The notes under the pieces are model-generated. The model had not been told where the DNA came from. It saw only the letters and a program-made list of their open reading frames with translations, and ran no database searches. Shown here in pieces: positions 16,484 to 37,333 of a DNA stretch of 64,000 nucleotides (positions are counted from its first letter, which is position 1; every line of letters begins with the position of its first letter). This DNA is from the human T2T-CHM13v2.0 reference genome, Homo sapiens. The position numbers and the translations under genes were made by a program. Location of the stretch: assembly GCF_009914755.1 (NCBI RefSeq), contig NC_060936.1. One strand, given 5' to 3'.

Positions 16484-17142
16484 CCATCATCCTTTACAAA
16501 TAAATAAATTAGGACAAAGAAACTAAGTTCTCCTTGGCCACCAACTGTTCATCCTTTCTCCCCATGGGCGACCACTGTTAACACTCCTTGGTGTGAATTT
16601 TTCCAGACCATTTTTATTCTTTAACATATATACATATGAATGCACAACAGATTTATTTAGTGTTGTTTTGGGTAGTATTTTTGTTAAAAAATATGGCATC
16701 CTATTCTGCAACATGCTTCTGTCTCTGTTTTGAAATCCATCTCTATTAATACACGTAAAACTAGTTCAGCTACCACTTTTAAAAAATTACTTCTTATTGT
16801 GGTACAATATACATAAAGTTTATCATTCTAACCGTTATTATTTATTTATTTATTTTTGAGACAGAGTCTTGTCTGTCACCCAGGCTGGAGTGCAGTGGCA
16901 GATCTTGGGTCACTGCAACCTCCACCTCTTGGGTTCAAGCAATTCTCCTGCCTCAGCCTCCTGAGTAGCTGGGATTACAGGTATGCACCACCATACCCAG
17001 CTAATTTTTGTATTTTTAGTAGAGACAGGTTTCGCCATGTTGGCCAGGCTGGTCTCAAACTCCTGACCTCAAGTGATCTGCCCTCCTCAGCCTCCCAAAG
17101 TGCTGGTATTACAGGCGTGAGCCACCGCACCTGGCCCCTGCT

Positions 17143-17144
<2 letters not shown>

Positions 17145-17181
<37 letters not shown>
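17145..17181. repeat. (TG)n microsatellite next to an Alu tail
   Basis: About 18 uninterrupted TG units. Confidence 0.95.
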
Positions 17182-17184
<3 letters not shown>

Positions 17185-17251
17185 TTTTGTTTTTGTTTTT
17201 TTGTTTTTTTGAGATGGAGTTTTCGCTCTCGTTGCCCAGGCTAGAGTGTAG

Positions 17252-17380
<129 letters not shown>

Positions 17381-17387
17381 TAACTAG

Positions 17388-17549
<162 letters not shown>

Positions 17550-17555
17550 TAGTAG

Positions 17556-17819
<264 letters not shown>

Positions 17820-17953
17820 TAAAGTGCCCATGAGGGACCGGGCATGGTGGCTCAGGTTTGGGAGGCCTAGGCGGGCAGATCACAAGGTCAGGAGTTCAAG
17901 ACCAGCCTGGCCAACACAGTGAAACTTCGTCTATACTAAAAATACAAAAATTA

Positions 17954-18544
<591 letters not shown>

Positions 18545-18590
18545 TCAATTTCCTTATCTATAAAATGGGGATTAATAATATGTATGTCTA

Positions 18591-18713
<123 letters not shown>

Positions 18714-18716
18714 TCA

Positions 18717-18926
<210 letters not shown>

Positions 18927-19067
18927 CTATCTCAAAAAAAAAAAAAAAAAAAAAAAAAAAAGAATACATACTCAGCCAGCCGTGGTGGCTCACGCCTGTA
19001 ATCCCAGCACTTTGGGAGGCCTAGGTGGGTGGATCATGAGATCAGGAGATTGAGACCATCCTGGCTA

Positions 19068-19304
<237 letters not shown>

Positions 19305-19505
19305 TCATCATTTAAGCCTCCCTCTTTCAAAAAATCTCACCTGCATGCTTTCATTTATTCATCATTTCATACATTTATTGAGCATCTACTATAACCTACT
19401 CACTGTTCTAAACACTGAGAATACAGCAGTGAACCAAACAAGCAACACCTTCACCCCCATGAAGTTTACATTCCAATAAGGAGAAAACAGATGCCAATCA
19501 CATAA

Positions 19506-20395
<890 letters not shown>

Positions 20396-20635
20396 TAGGC
20401 ATGAGCCCCTGCGCCCGGCCTGTATTTTTTTTTTTTTTTTTTTTTTTAAGTAGAGACAGGGTTTCACCATTTTGGCCAGGATGGTTTCAATCTCTTGACC
20501 TCATGATCCGCCCGCCTCAGCCTCCCAAAGTGCTGGGATTACAGGCGTGAGCCACTGCGCCCGGCCCAATGAAGAGTTTTAAGCAGGGAAATGACAATTC
20601 ACAATTTCAGGTCCCTCTGTATCTCAATAAAGCCA

Positions 20636-20947
<312 letters not shown>

Positions 20948-21740
20948 AAAGCCATTTTTTTTAAAGGCCCCTCTGGCTGTTCATGGGGAAGGGGTCGTGG
21001 AAGGCCAGCATTGCTTGTGATAATGGTGCCACTCCCCCGCCATTGAACCATCATGTGCTATCTATCGACATCTGCTTGTTTGTATTCTTTTTTATAAGCT
21101 GCCTGAAACCTTTGCCACCTGCATTTGACCTGTCTCTGCCAATTAACTGTAAACTTGAGGGTCAGGAAAACCAGACAGTCTTCTCTACAGAATTTGAGAG
21201 CACAATTTGTGTAAATAGGAACTTTTTTTTTTTTCTGAGACAGGGTCTCACACTGTCGCCCAGGCTGGAGTGCAGTGGTGAGATCACAGCTCACTGCAGC
21301 CTCATCTTCCTGGGCTGAAGCAACTCTCCCACCTCAGCCTCCCAATTAGCTGAAACCCCAGGAACGTGCCACCACACCTGTCTAATATTTAAAATTTTTT
21401 TGTAGAAATGGGGTCTTGTTATGTTGCCCAGGCTTACAAAAGGAACTTGATTCATGGTGGTAGGTGATGATGTACAGTTTTTTTTTCTTTTTTTAGAGAC
21501 AGGGTCTGGCTGTGTTGCCCAGGCTGGAGAGCAGTGGCACCGTCATAGCTCACTATAAACTCAAGCAATCCTCCTGCCTCGCCTTGGTCTCCCAAAGTGC
21601 TGAGATTACAGGTGTGAGTCACTGCGCCTGGCCTGATATGCAGTTTTAACGAGAAGAAACTACCTAGAGCTGGGCATGATGGCTCACAACTGTAATCCCA
21701 GCACTTTGGGAGGCCAAGGTAGGCAGATCGCTTAGAGCTG

Positions 21741-21931
21741 TAAACGCTGAGAATACAGCAGTGAACCAAACAGGCAACACCTTTGCACCCATGAAGTTTA
21801 TATTCCTCTAAAGAGCAAATAGATGCCAATCAAGTAAACAAGTTATATAACCAAGATAATTTCAGGTAATAAAACCAGATCATATACAGCTGTTTTCCTT
21901 ATAGTGCCACAATTGGATTTTATTACGAGAA
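21741..21931 (+). repeat. Direct local duplicate of 19409-19602 inserted inside an Alu
   Basis: Colinear alignment by eye at roughly 80-85% identity. Alu sequence stops at 21740 and resumes at about 21948. Confidence 0.85.
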
Positions 21932-23032
21932 TAAAATCCAATTGTTTCAGCCTGGGTAATGTGATGAGACTCCATCTCTACTACAAATACAAAAAAAATT
22001 AGCCAGGCATGGTGGCTTGTGCCTGTAATCCCAGCTACTCAGGAGGCTGAGATGGGAGGATCACTTGAGCCTGGGAAGTGGAGTTTGCAGTGAGACAAGA
22101 TTGCACAACTGCACTCCAGCCTGGATGACAGAGCAAGACCCTGTCTCAAAAAACAAGAAGAAAACGACCTAGTCCAAATAACTTGGGTTGTGGTCATTAA
22201 GAGGAGGAGCAAACGACAGTACTTTGCTTCTGGGACCTCAACTTTCCCATCTGAAAAATGGGACTAATTCCTATCTCCACTCCACTACAAAAACAAGGCT
22301 TTATATTGACAGAAAAACATGCATATGGAAGATCATGCCGCCTTGGTAAGCCAGGCCTTGGCAGCCAGTTAGTGGTGTGTGGTTGCCCTGAAGCCTGGTT
22401 GGGGCTCAACAGATGAAACGAAAACACCAGGCGCCCTTTCTAACCCTCTTCCCTCCTGCCCTCTCAGTTGGAAGGGTGTTTGGATTGTTTTTCTGAATTT
22501 GAAATGTTTCCTTTTGTTCCAGGAGAGAAGACCGCTAACCAGGTTGACATATTCCTCTTCCCTGAGGGGCACATTTTGGAAACTGTCTGAGGTCGCAGGC
22601 TTGTTGCCACTGAGTAGCTGGGCAACATTCCTCCCCTGGCCTGTCTATTTTAAGCCACGCAGATAACTAGGGAGGCGGGGGCAAGACAACAAAGGCTGAA
22701 CAGTGGGTGAAGGACATCTGGCAGGAAGGGCTGGCAGCAGGCAGATGGGTTTTCAATGGCATGGATGGGCTCCCACTGTGTAGAGCCTGGGAGGGCGAGG
22801 AACGGGCTCTCGGACCATGGCAGCCCCCATGTGAGGGGAAGGGAGGTGGCAGGCACGTTGATCAAGGCATCTCCCCCCACTTATTCATTCATTCATTCAG
22901 CAAATATTGGCCTCCTCAAACCTGCAGGTTGTTTTTCGTCGGTTCTGGACCATTCTCAGCCATTAGCGATTCAGAGAGTTCTCATGCCATTCTCTCTTGC
23001 CTCTCTGTCTGCAACTCCAAACAAATGTATGA

Positions 23033-23245
<213 letters not shown>

Positions 23246-23681
23246 TAGCTGGGACCACAGGCATACACCACCACGCCTGGCTAATTTTGTTGTTGTTGTT
23301 GTTGTTATATTTTAGTAGAGATGGGGTTTCACCGTGTTGGCCAGGCTTGTCTCGAACTCCTGGGCTCAAGTGATCGGCCCTCCTTGGCCTCCCAAAGTGG
23401 TGGGATTACAGGCGTGAGCCACTGCCCAGCCATAACTTCTGTTATCTCACTAATTCTTCCACCATGAACAATCTTCTGTCACATACAATAATTGAGATTA
23501 TTCCTTATTTATTTTTTAAGTTTCTAAAAGTTCTATTTTGTTCTTTTTGGAATATGTTATGGCGAGGCACAGTGACTCACACCTGTAATCCCAGCACTTT
23601 GGGAGGCCGAGGAGGGCTGATCGCTTGAGCCCAGGAGTTCGAGACAAGCCTGGCCAACATGGTGAAACCCTGTCTCTACTA

Positions 23682-23867
<186 letters not shown>

Positions 23868-24792
23868 TTATTTTTTATAGCCTTATATTCCTTGTAAATG
23901 TTTTCAAGCTTGATGATTTTGTTGCTGTTGTTTTCTAGAGACAGGGCCTCTCTGTCACCAGGCTGGAGTGCAGTGGTACAATCATATAGCCACTGTACCC
24001 TGGAAATCTTGGGCTCAATGGATCCTCCTGCCACAGCCTCCTGAGTAACTGGGACTGCAGGTACATGCCACCATGCCCAGTTAATTTTTTTTTTTTTTTT
24101 TTGAGACGGAGTCTTGCTCTGTCGCCCAGGCTGGAGTGCAGTGGCGCGATCTCGGCTCACTGCAAGCTCCGCCTCCCGGGTTCACGCCATTCTCCTCCAG
24201 TTAATTTTTTAAAAAAATCTTTTGTAGTATGAGGGTCTTGCCATGTTGCCCCGGCTGTTCTTGAACTCCTGGCCTCAAGCAGTCCTTCTGCCTCGGCCTC
24301 CTAAAGCACTGGGATTACAGGCATGAACCTCTGCACCAGCCCCGATGATTACTTTTTTAAACCGTTGAGCATAACTGTTTTAGAATCTGTGTTGGATAAT
24401 TTCAGCGTCTGAGGTCTGTGTGAGTCTGCTTCTGCTGCCTGTTTCTTCTGGTTCCTGTTCACATGGTCTTGTTTCCCTATGGACCATGTGTGTTGGTTAT
24501 TGCCCTGGAAAAGTTATTTGTGGGGAATTCTCTGAGGCCTAGAAGGAAGGAGCTCTCCTCTGGAGAAGATGTGCACCTGCTTCTGCCGCACTCTTGGGCA
24601 CCGCCAATCAGGGTGACCTCAGATCGAGTTCCCAGCTTCAGTTCCCTGTGCCTCCAGCTGATTTGTATCCACGGGCAGGCAGGCCGGTGGCAACAATCTT
24701 TCAGGAATTATTTATTCTCCCTCTTGCTTTTCCTTTTTCTGGTTTGTGCGGCGTCAAGGAAAACTTCTTCTTCTTCTTCTTTTTTTTTTTGA

Positions 24793-24951
<159 letters not shown>

Positions 24952-25418
24952 TAGTAGAGATGGGGTTTCTCCCATGTTGGTCAGGCTGTTCTCAAACTCC
25001 CAACCTCAGGTGATCCACCCACCTCGGCCTCCCAAAGTGCTGGGATTACAGGCATGAGCCACCACGCCCGGCCTCAAGGAAAACTTCTTTACTGTCCCCT
25101 GAGTTTGGGGTCAGCGATATCCCTCAATGGTTATCCAAATAAATGTTTAGCAATCAGCTACCTGGAAATACTTGGGAAAAGGTACTTTCCAGGTATTTAT
25201 TTTCATGAATGCTTTCACCTTTATTTCTCTCAGTATATTCATGATATAGATATTTTGTACATAACAAGGTTAAGTGACTTGCGCATGTTCTATGTAAAAC
25301 AGAGGCAGAACCAAGGCTCAAAAAGCACCTAGTCCAGCAACCAACTTGAGAGGGGTCATAGGAAGTTCACCAACACCGTGAATGAGAATGGCTTATTCCA
25401 GGGGGATTCAGAAAATGA

Positions 25419-25916
<498 letters not shown>

Positions 25917-26053
25917 TTAAAATAAATAAAAAAGTACAAAAGAGTACCTGGGAAAGAGTATTAATTTGTAGTACTTACCACTTCCTGTAGTGTAAAAACT
26001 CCTGCCATGGTTGATGCCAAATTACCAAGGAGCAGTCACAAAGGTGGAGTTTA

Positions 26054-26320
<267 letters not shown>

Positions 26321-26709
26321 CTAGGGGACAGAGCAAGGCTCTGTCTCAAAAAAAACCAATATGGTGAACACTCCTAAGGGGTTCAGGATTTCCCAGGATT
26401 TCCCAGGAGCGGAGACATATTTGGGTAGAGAGAGACCTGGATGATGACAGGGAGCTGGCCATGAGAATATTAGGGAAGGGGGTTCCAGGCAGAGGGAAGA
26501 GTTATGCACAGGCCCAGAGGTGGGGACAAGGTTGGCATGTTTGACGTAAAGAAAGAAGGTCAGTGTGGCCAGACGCAGTGGCTAATGCCTGTAATCCCAG
26601 CTTTGGGAGGCCGAGGCGGGCAGATCACCTGAGGTCAGGAGTTTGAGACCAGCCTGGCCAACATGGTGAAACCCTGTCTCTACTAAAAATACATAAATAG
26701 CTAGGTCTA

Positions 26710-26841
<132 letters not shown>

Positions 26842-27152
26842 CTAAAAAAAAAAAAAAAGCAAGGGACACAGTCTGGAAAGTGGGAAGAGTGACTTCACAG
26901 TAGAGAAACCTGATCAACATGAATGACCTCAGCGGTGATCAAGGTCAACATCAACAGTGACAGGTCATAATGATTGTGTGTGCGTTTGATAGGATTTGAT
27001 GAAAATGGCATCCTCCCTAAAACCCATCGCCATGTCTAATCATGAGAAAAATATCAAACAAATCCTAGCAGGGGACAACCTACGAAATCCCTGACCAGTG
27101 CTGCTCAAAACAGTCAAAGTCATCAAAACAAAAAGTGTCAGAGAAACTGTCA

Positions 27153-28961
<1,809 letters not shown>

Positions 28962-29465
28962 GGATCCTGGAACAGAAAAGGGCGTTGGGGAAAAACTAAG
29001 AAAATTGAATAAAGTATAGACTTCTGTGAATAACAATGCATTAATATTGGTTCATTAATTGTGACAAATGCAGCACACTAACATCAGATGCTAATAGCAA
29101 GGGAAAATGGCTGAGGGGTATATGAGAATTCTCTGTACTATTTTCACAATTTTTCTGTGAAACTGTTCTAAAAAATAAAGTCGAATAAAGTCGATGTTAA
29201 AAAAAAAAAAAAAAAAAAGAAGGCTGCCGTGTGCAGAATGAATAAGGAGAGCCGGGCAGCCCTGCAGGTGCTAAGGTAGCTTGGATTCGGGTGGGGCAAA
29301 GGGATCGGGAAATAGACTCCAACACAGGAAGTCCAGCCGACGCTCCGACAGGTCACGGGGAAAGGGAGGAGTCAGGTACGACACTGAGATTTTTCAATTT
29401 AAGCAACCAGCATACGGTGCCATTAACTCAGACTAAGAGGAAAACAAGTTTGGGAGAAAATCTCA

Positions 29466-29855
<390 letters not shown>

Positions 29856-32392
29856 CTACTGTGAGCAGGGAGCACACCTGCTACATGAGGACACAGGTAC
29901 CAGCCTTTAAGAAATTCCTAGAGTGTTTGAAGAGCAAACAACATGCTAGAAAAGCCCACACAGGCCAAATAAATGAAGATGGAGGAGACCAGCTATGGTA
30001 GTGAGAAATCAGGGGAGACTGCCTGGTGGCAGTGGGGCATGAAGGATGTCCAATCCAGATGTCCCCAAAGCAGCCATCTTCCTGTTCTGGAGAAGCCTGT
30101 CCTCAGCCAGAGCCAGCACACATCAGTCACCACTACGGTCTCATGGCCTCCAGCCAGGCTCCAGTTTGAAAAGAATCTTCCCTTTCTTTAGGCCATGGAT
30201 TGTCCAGAAAAGCCAGATCATTAAGGACCAGAGGTAAGGAATTTATCTGGCAGCTGACCAGGCCTTGTCAACACAGGGCCTCGGGCAGCGCTTGTGTAAC
30301 TGCCCTGAATTAGTTCTTCCCAGCCAGGGCGTGCCCAGCATGGACCTGGGTCCAGGGGAGGTAAAGGACCTCTATTGCATGTCTGTGTGGGCCTGTGCTG
30401 CTGCCCCGGGGCCCTTGCTGGCCACTGCTTGTTGCTGTATGCAGAGCAGAAAATTCCTTGAAGCATTTCTCCATGCACCCTCCACTCGCAAGGTTCCTTC
30501 AGCTATAAATAACAGCAGGACATGCTGAATAAGGGTTGCAGAAGGTTTGGCGATGAGACCGTGGCTGCAGCCTCTGCAGGCAGCATTTCCTTATCTACAG
30601 AGTGGGGTGAGCCCAGGCCTGGCTGCCCGGGGTGTTGGGGGAGCCACTTCTCTGGGTCCTCGTCCAGTACCTTCTCCACACTGAGCCCAAGGATCAATCA
30701 GGTCACGCCCTGATCAGAACCCTTCAATGCCCCCAGTTTTCATGAAATAAAAGTCAACTACCTCGCCATGGCCCCAGGAGCCCTCGCCTTCCTGTCCCCT
30801 CCTCCTTCCTCCCTTGGGTGCCCCCCACTCTGTCCCCTGGCCGTGTCCTGCTTGGCAGATGTCCCACCTCTTGCTGTCTGGAGGTCTCTGTACTTCACAA
30901 TCCTTTGTGGGATCCATCTCCTCCCCTACTTATCTTTTTTTTTTTTCCTTGATGAGGTGAAATTCACATGACATGCACTTAACCTTTTTTTCTTTTTTAT
31001 TTTTGAGACAGAGTCTCAATCTGTCACCCAGGCTGAAGTGCAGTGGTACAATCATGGCTCACTCCAGCCTCAAACTCCTGGGCCCAGCAATCATCCCCCC
31101 TCAGTCTGTGAAGTAACTGGGACTATAGGCACAGGCCACCACGCACGACTAATATTTTATTTTTTGTAGAGATGGGGTCTCCCTATGTTGCCCAGGCTGG
31201 TCTCGAACTCCTGGGCTCAAGCGATCCTCCCACTTCGGCCTCCTAAAGTGCTGGGATTACAGGCATGAGCCATTGCACCTGGCCACTTACCCATTTTAAA
31301 GTGTACAAATGCATTGGTATTAAATGTATTCACAATATTGTGCAAACACCAGGTCTCTCCAGCTTCCAAACTTTCTCATCACCCTGTAAAAAACATCTTG
31401 TATCCAGCAAGCAGTCACTCCCCATTCCTCCCTCCCCATGCCCTGGTAACCTCTAATCTGCTTTCTATCCCTATAGATTTGCTTCTTCTGAATATATCAT
31501 GTAAAAAGAATCATACCATAGGTGACCTTCCCTGCCTGGCATCTTTCATTTGCATAATGCTTCTAAGGACCATCTATGTTATAGCATGTACCAGCACTTC
31601 ATTCCTTTCTACAGCTGAATCATATCCCACAGTATGTGCATACCACGGTTTGCAGTTTGTTTATCCATTCATACATTGGATTGTTTGCACTTTTTGGCTT
31701 TATTTTATTATTTTTAGAGACGAGGTCTCACTCTGTCATCCAGGCTGGAGTGCAGTGGCACCACCATGGTTCGTTGCAGCCTCAACCTCCTTGAGCTCAA
31801 AGGATCCTCCTGCCTCAGCCACACAAGTAGCTGGGACGACCGGTATGCACTACCACGCCTGGCTGATTTTTAAATTTTTGTAGGGATGGGGTCCCACTAT
31901 GTTGCCCAGGCTGTTCTCAAACTCCTGGCTTCAAGCAATCCTCCCGCCTCAGCCTCCCAAAGTGCTGGGATTACAACTGTGAGCCACTGTGCCCAGGTCC
32001 ATGTTGAGCTTTTTGAGGAAGTGCCAGACTGTGGTTGGGATCATTCTTTCCTCTAGATACCCAAAGCTGGTACCTCCTTGTCATTCAGGGCTCAGCTCCC
32101 ATATCACCTCCCCAGACCACCCCAGCTCAAACAGTGCTCCTCTCCCAAGTCACTCTCTTGTCTGCTGCCATCTTTTCACCATCTGGAGTTTATTACCCAG
32201 TAGGATGTAGGTGATCTCGGACCTCTTAGTCTCCACTGTGACCCACAACCTAGCACAGTTTCTGGTAGACGGAGGTTCTCAATAAATGCTTACTGAATGA
32301 CTGATCTCAGGTAGTCAAAGGTAAAGAGCTGTAATAATGTGAGGCACTGTCACTGTCACCTTAGGTCGCTGTTAGGACCTCCCCCTGGGTGA

Positions 32393-32749
<357 letters not shown>

Positions 32750-32988
32750 TAAAAACCAGGAAAGAGAAACCATTGGCGATGCTTCTTTCTCAGCCCTTTC
32801 CTGTTAGTGACTCAGCACAGGTATCTCCTTCACTATCCCCAGCTCCTGAGGTGCAACAAGCAGCCCTTAGTGACAACTGCAAAGGAAAAAAAAAAAAAAA
32901 AGGCAAAGGTGGAAAATAATTTGGGTGGAGATTAGATAAGCCTATAAACCTGTCCCCAGTCTAGGGAAAAGGTTCAGGGCTCTGGTCA

Positions 32989-33434
<446 letters not shown>

Positions 33435-33478
33435 TTAAAAAAAAAATCACATAAAGCGCATAGACTCGTGTTTGCTGC

Positions 33479-33566
33479 ACTGAAAATGTTTTATACCTGA
33501 ATGGTTATCATTGTCATCATCATCAATCCATCTCGGTTCTGATATCTGCAGGCTGGTCATTCAGAT
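33479..33566 (-). CDS. ABCB9: Probable ABCB9 distal alternative terminal exon (12C-type) adding I-stop; 3' end approximate
   Basis: Acceptor tattatcttcttag|ATC TGA (33566-33561); variant poly(A) hexamer TATAAA at 33490-33495. Fits a recalled truncated TAPL isoform. Confidence 0.6.
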
Positions 33567-34004
33567 CTAAGAAGATAATAAATATGCTTGCTAAATGTCA
33601 AAGGAAACATTGGGAGTCTGCTTAATGCCTCTGGATCATGCAATTTAAAATGGTTGGCTGGGCGTGATGGGGCACACCTGTAATCCCAGCACTTTGGGAG
33701 GCCGAGGCAGAAGGATCGCTTGAAACTAGGAATGTAAGACCAGCCTAGGCAACATAACCACAACTCTGTCTCTACAGAAAATCTAAAAATTAGCCAGGCA
33801 TGGTGGCACAGGCTGTAGTCCCAGCTATTTAGGAGCCTGAGGCAGAAGGATCAGTTGAGCCCAGAAGTTCAAGGCTGAAGTGAGCTATGATGGCACCACT
33901 GCACTCCAGGCTAGGCAACAGAGCAAGACCCTGTCTCTAAAAAATAACAATAATAAATAAATGCAATGGTTAATGTTATGTTATGTGTATTTTACCACAA
34001 TTTA

Positions 34005-34325
<321 letters not shown>

Positions 34326-34867
34326 TTAACCTCCTTCTGAGCTCCCTCTGCCAAAAAAAAAATTTAAAAAATTGTCCGTATTATTATTTGAAATAACAGC
34401 TTCCTTACCTGGGGCCAGAAACAAATGGTCAGCAGCAATGGCTGTGTCAGTGCTGGGTTCCAGAGTTTCTTCTCTGTGGAACTGTCTAGAATGCCAGGCC
34501 CCTGTTTCAGGCTGGGCTCATTGAATAGAGGCGGCTAGGGAGGGAGGAGGTGGAGACGCCCGGCCGGCCGCTCAGGTCTGGGCCAGGTTCTCAGCCGGAT
34601 GCACTGGCTTGCTGTTGGGTGGCTTAACGACTGCTATTTTCAGTCAACAGAAGTCAGAACAGCTGCTTTCCATTTCTCCCAGGAAGTCTTCCTGGGCCAC
34701 AGCAGCACTTATCATGCCAGGGTTTGTTTAGTTTGTTTACAGTGTTCCCTCTCCTACCCCTGAAGAAAATTCTAGTATTCAGAAATGTACATAGAACAAT
34801 ATAACAAACACATGGTACCCACCGCTCAGGACTAGCCATTGCTAACGATTTCCTCTCTTTGCTTTGA

Positions 34868-35182
<315 letters not shown>

Positions 35183-35483
35183 TGAGCCACTGCACCCAGC
35201 CAAGTCTATTTTTATTCTTAAAGAAGTAAGGTATTGCATATCTTCATGCTTTTGTCTTCAATACCCAGACAAACTCCAACATGAATTGGTTGTGTAGCCT
35301 TCCAATCTATTATTATTATTATTTTATTGTTTAGAGAGAAGGTCTCGCTCTATCACCCGGGCTGGAGTGCAGTGGCACAATTATGGGCTCACTGCAGCCT
35401 TGAATTCCTGGGCTTAAGCGATTTTCCCATCCCAGCCTTCGGAGTAGCTGAGACTATAGGCACACGCCACTACACCTGGCTAA

Positions 35484-35642
<159 letters not shown>

Positions 35643-37321
35643 TAAGACAGGGTCTCACTCTGTCGCCCAGGCTGGAGTGCAGTGGCGCCATCATGGCTCA
35701 CTGCTGCCTCAACCTCCCAGGCTCAAGCAATCCTCCCGTTTCAGGCTCCTGAGGAGCTGAAACTACAGGCGTGCACCACTGTGTCCTGCCTTACACCAGT
35801 ACTTCTTATTTATTTATTTATTTTTTTTGAGACGGAGTCTCGCTCTGTCGCCCAGGCTGGAGTGCAGTGGCGCGACCTCCACGCACTGCAAGCTCCGCCT
35901 CCCGGGTTCACGCCATTCTCCTGCTCAGCCTCCCGAGTAGCTGGGACTACAGGCACCCGCCACCACGCCCGGCTAATTTTTTTTTGTATTTTTAGTAGAG
36001 ACGGGGTTTCACTGTGTTAGCCAGGATGGTCTCCATCTCCTGACCTCGTGATCCGCCCGCCTTGGCCTCCCAAAGTGCTGGGATTACAGACATGAGCCAG
36101 GGCGCCCAGCCACACTGATACTTACATTGGCTAATTTTTAATTCTTAATTGTTAATCCCAGTGGAGCAACGGTCCTTAACTCAGGGCCCCCTGACAGAGG
36201 AATTGTAAAATACCACACGTTTCCCACAAGTTGCATACAATGCTTTATGTGCATGGGTATTTTTCTGAGGAGAGTTCCTAGAATTTTCATCAAATTTCCC
36301 AAGAAATTTATGACCCCAAAAGTTCTGGAACAAAACCCTGAAGAGCCAGGGCCATCGGGCTTAACCCTCCTCTGTGCTGTTTCCGTTTTCTCAGGTGTGG
36401 CTTTTGAACCTGCCGACACAGAGTGAGGTTGACACAGACCAGTCCAGTCGACAGGGGAGCTGCAGCAGATAGCAGGGGGCATGGGGAAGGGGCTCTGCCT
36501 CGCAAGGTGCTTTGTGCACATCTTCACCCTGAAGTCATCACCAGGGTCCCTGTGGGCTCCTAGGACCCCAAGTCACTTCAGAGACCTCTCATGGCTCAGC
36601 AGCTGCCTCAGGCATTGACTTGGGCTGAGTCTGCCATCTTCCTGGGATTGGGGTCGTCTTTAGCCCTGGCAAGTTGGAAACTGAAATACACTCTCCAGAC
36701 GAAGGCAGCAGCAGGGAGTGTGGGGACCTGGGTTCCAGCCTTGGCCATTCTGCTAAATACATTTATAACCCTGCAGTCATTTCTTTTCTCTGGGCCTCAG
36801 TTTCCCTGTCTGTTAAATGAGGTGATTGGACTGTGTTCATTGTTTTCACACTATGTTACGGCATATCGAAGAGTTCAATCATTCCTTTCTTTTTCAAATT
36901 TTGTAGAGACAGGGTCATGCTCTGTTGCCCAGGCTGCAGTGCAGTGGCACGATCATAGCCCATGGCAGCCTCAAACTCGTGGACTCAAGTGATCCTCCCA
37001 CCTAAGCCTCCCGAGTAGCTGGAATTACAGACATGGGCCTCTATGCTCAGCTCAAACATTTCTTTAATGGCTGTTTACTGAGCACATACTATGTGTCAGC
37101 CACTGTTCTAGGCACTGGGGAATACAGCAGTGATGAAGACAAACTCTAATGTGGGAAAGAAACAATGACAGAGTAAACTAAGTCCTGGCGCCAGGACTAA
37201 GCCAGCCCTGGGGTGCCGTGCTCCTCTTCATTCTCTCTCATCCCTGCTTGTTTTCCTCATCTGTCTCTCTGGCCAACTGTGCTGTTCCCAAAGCCCTCGA
37301 CTGCAATTACTTTCTCCTGGT

Positions 37322-37333
37322 TTACCCAGCACA
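37322..37333 (-). CDS. ABCB9: Probable ABCB9 alternative terminal exon (12B-type) adding C-A-G-stop after exon 11
   Basis: Pyrimidine-rich acceptor ctccttctgtcccacacag|TGT GCT GGG TAA; phase 0 matches exon 11; candidate ATTAAA at 37063-37068. Fits recalled short C-terminal TAPL isoforms. Confidence 0.6.
   Translation of the reverse strand, partial: CAG

Noticed and set aside
31314-31883. 189-aa ORF
   Set aside because: Antisense L1M 3'UTR fragment running into an Alu.
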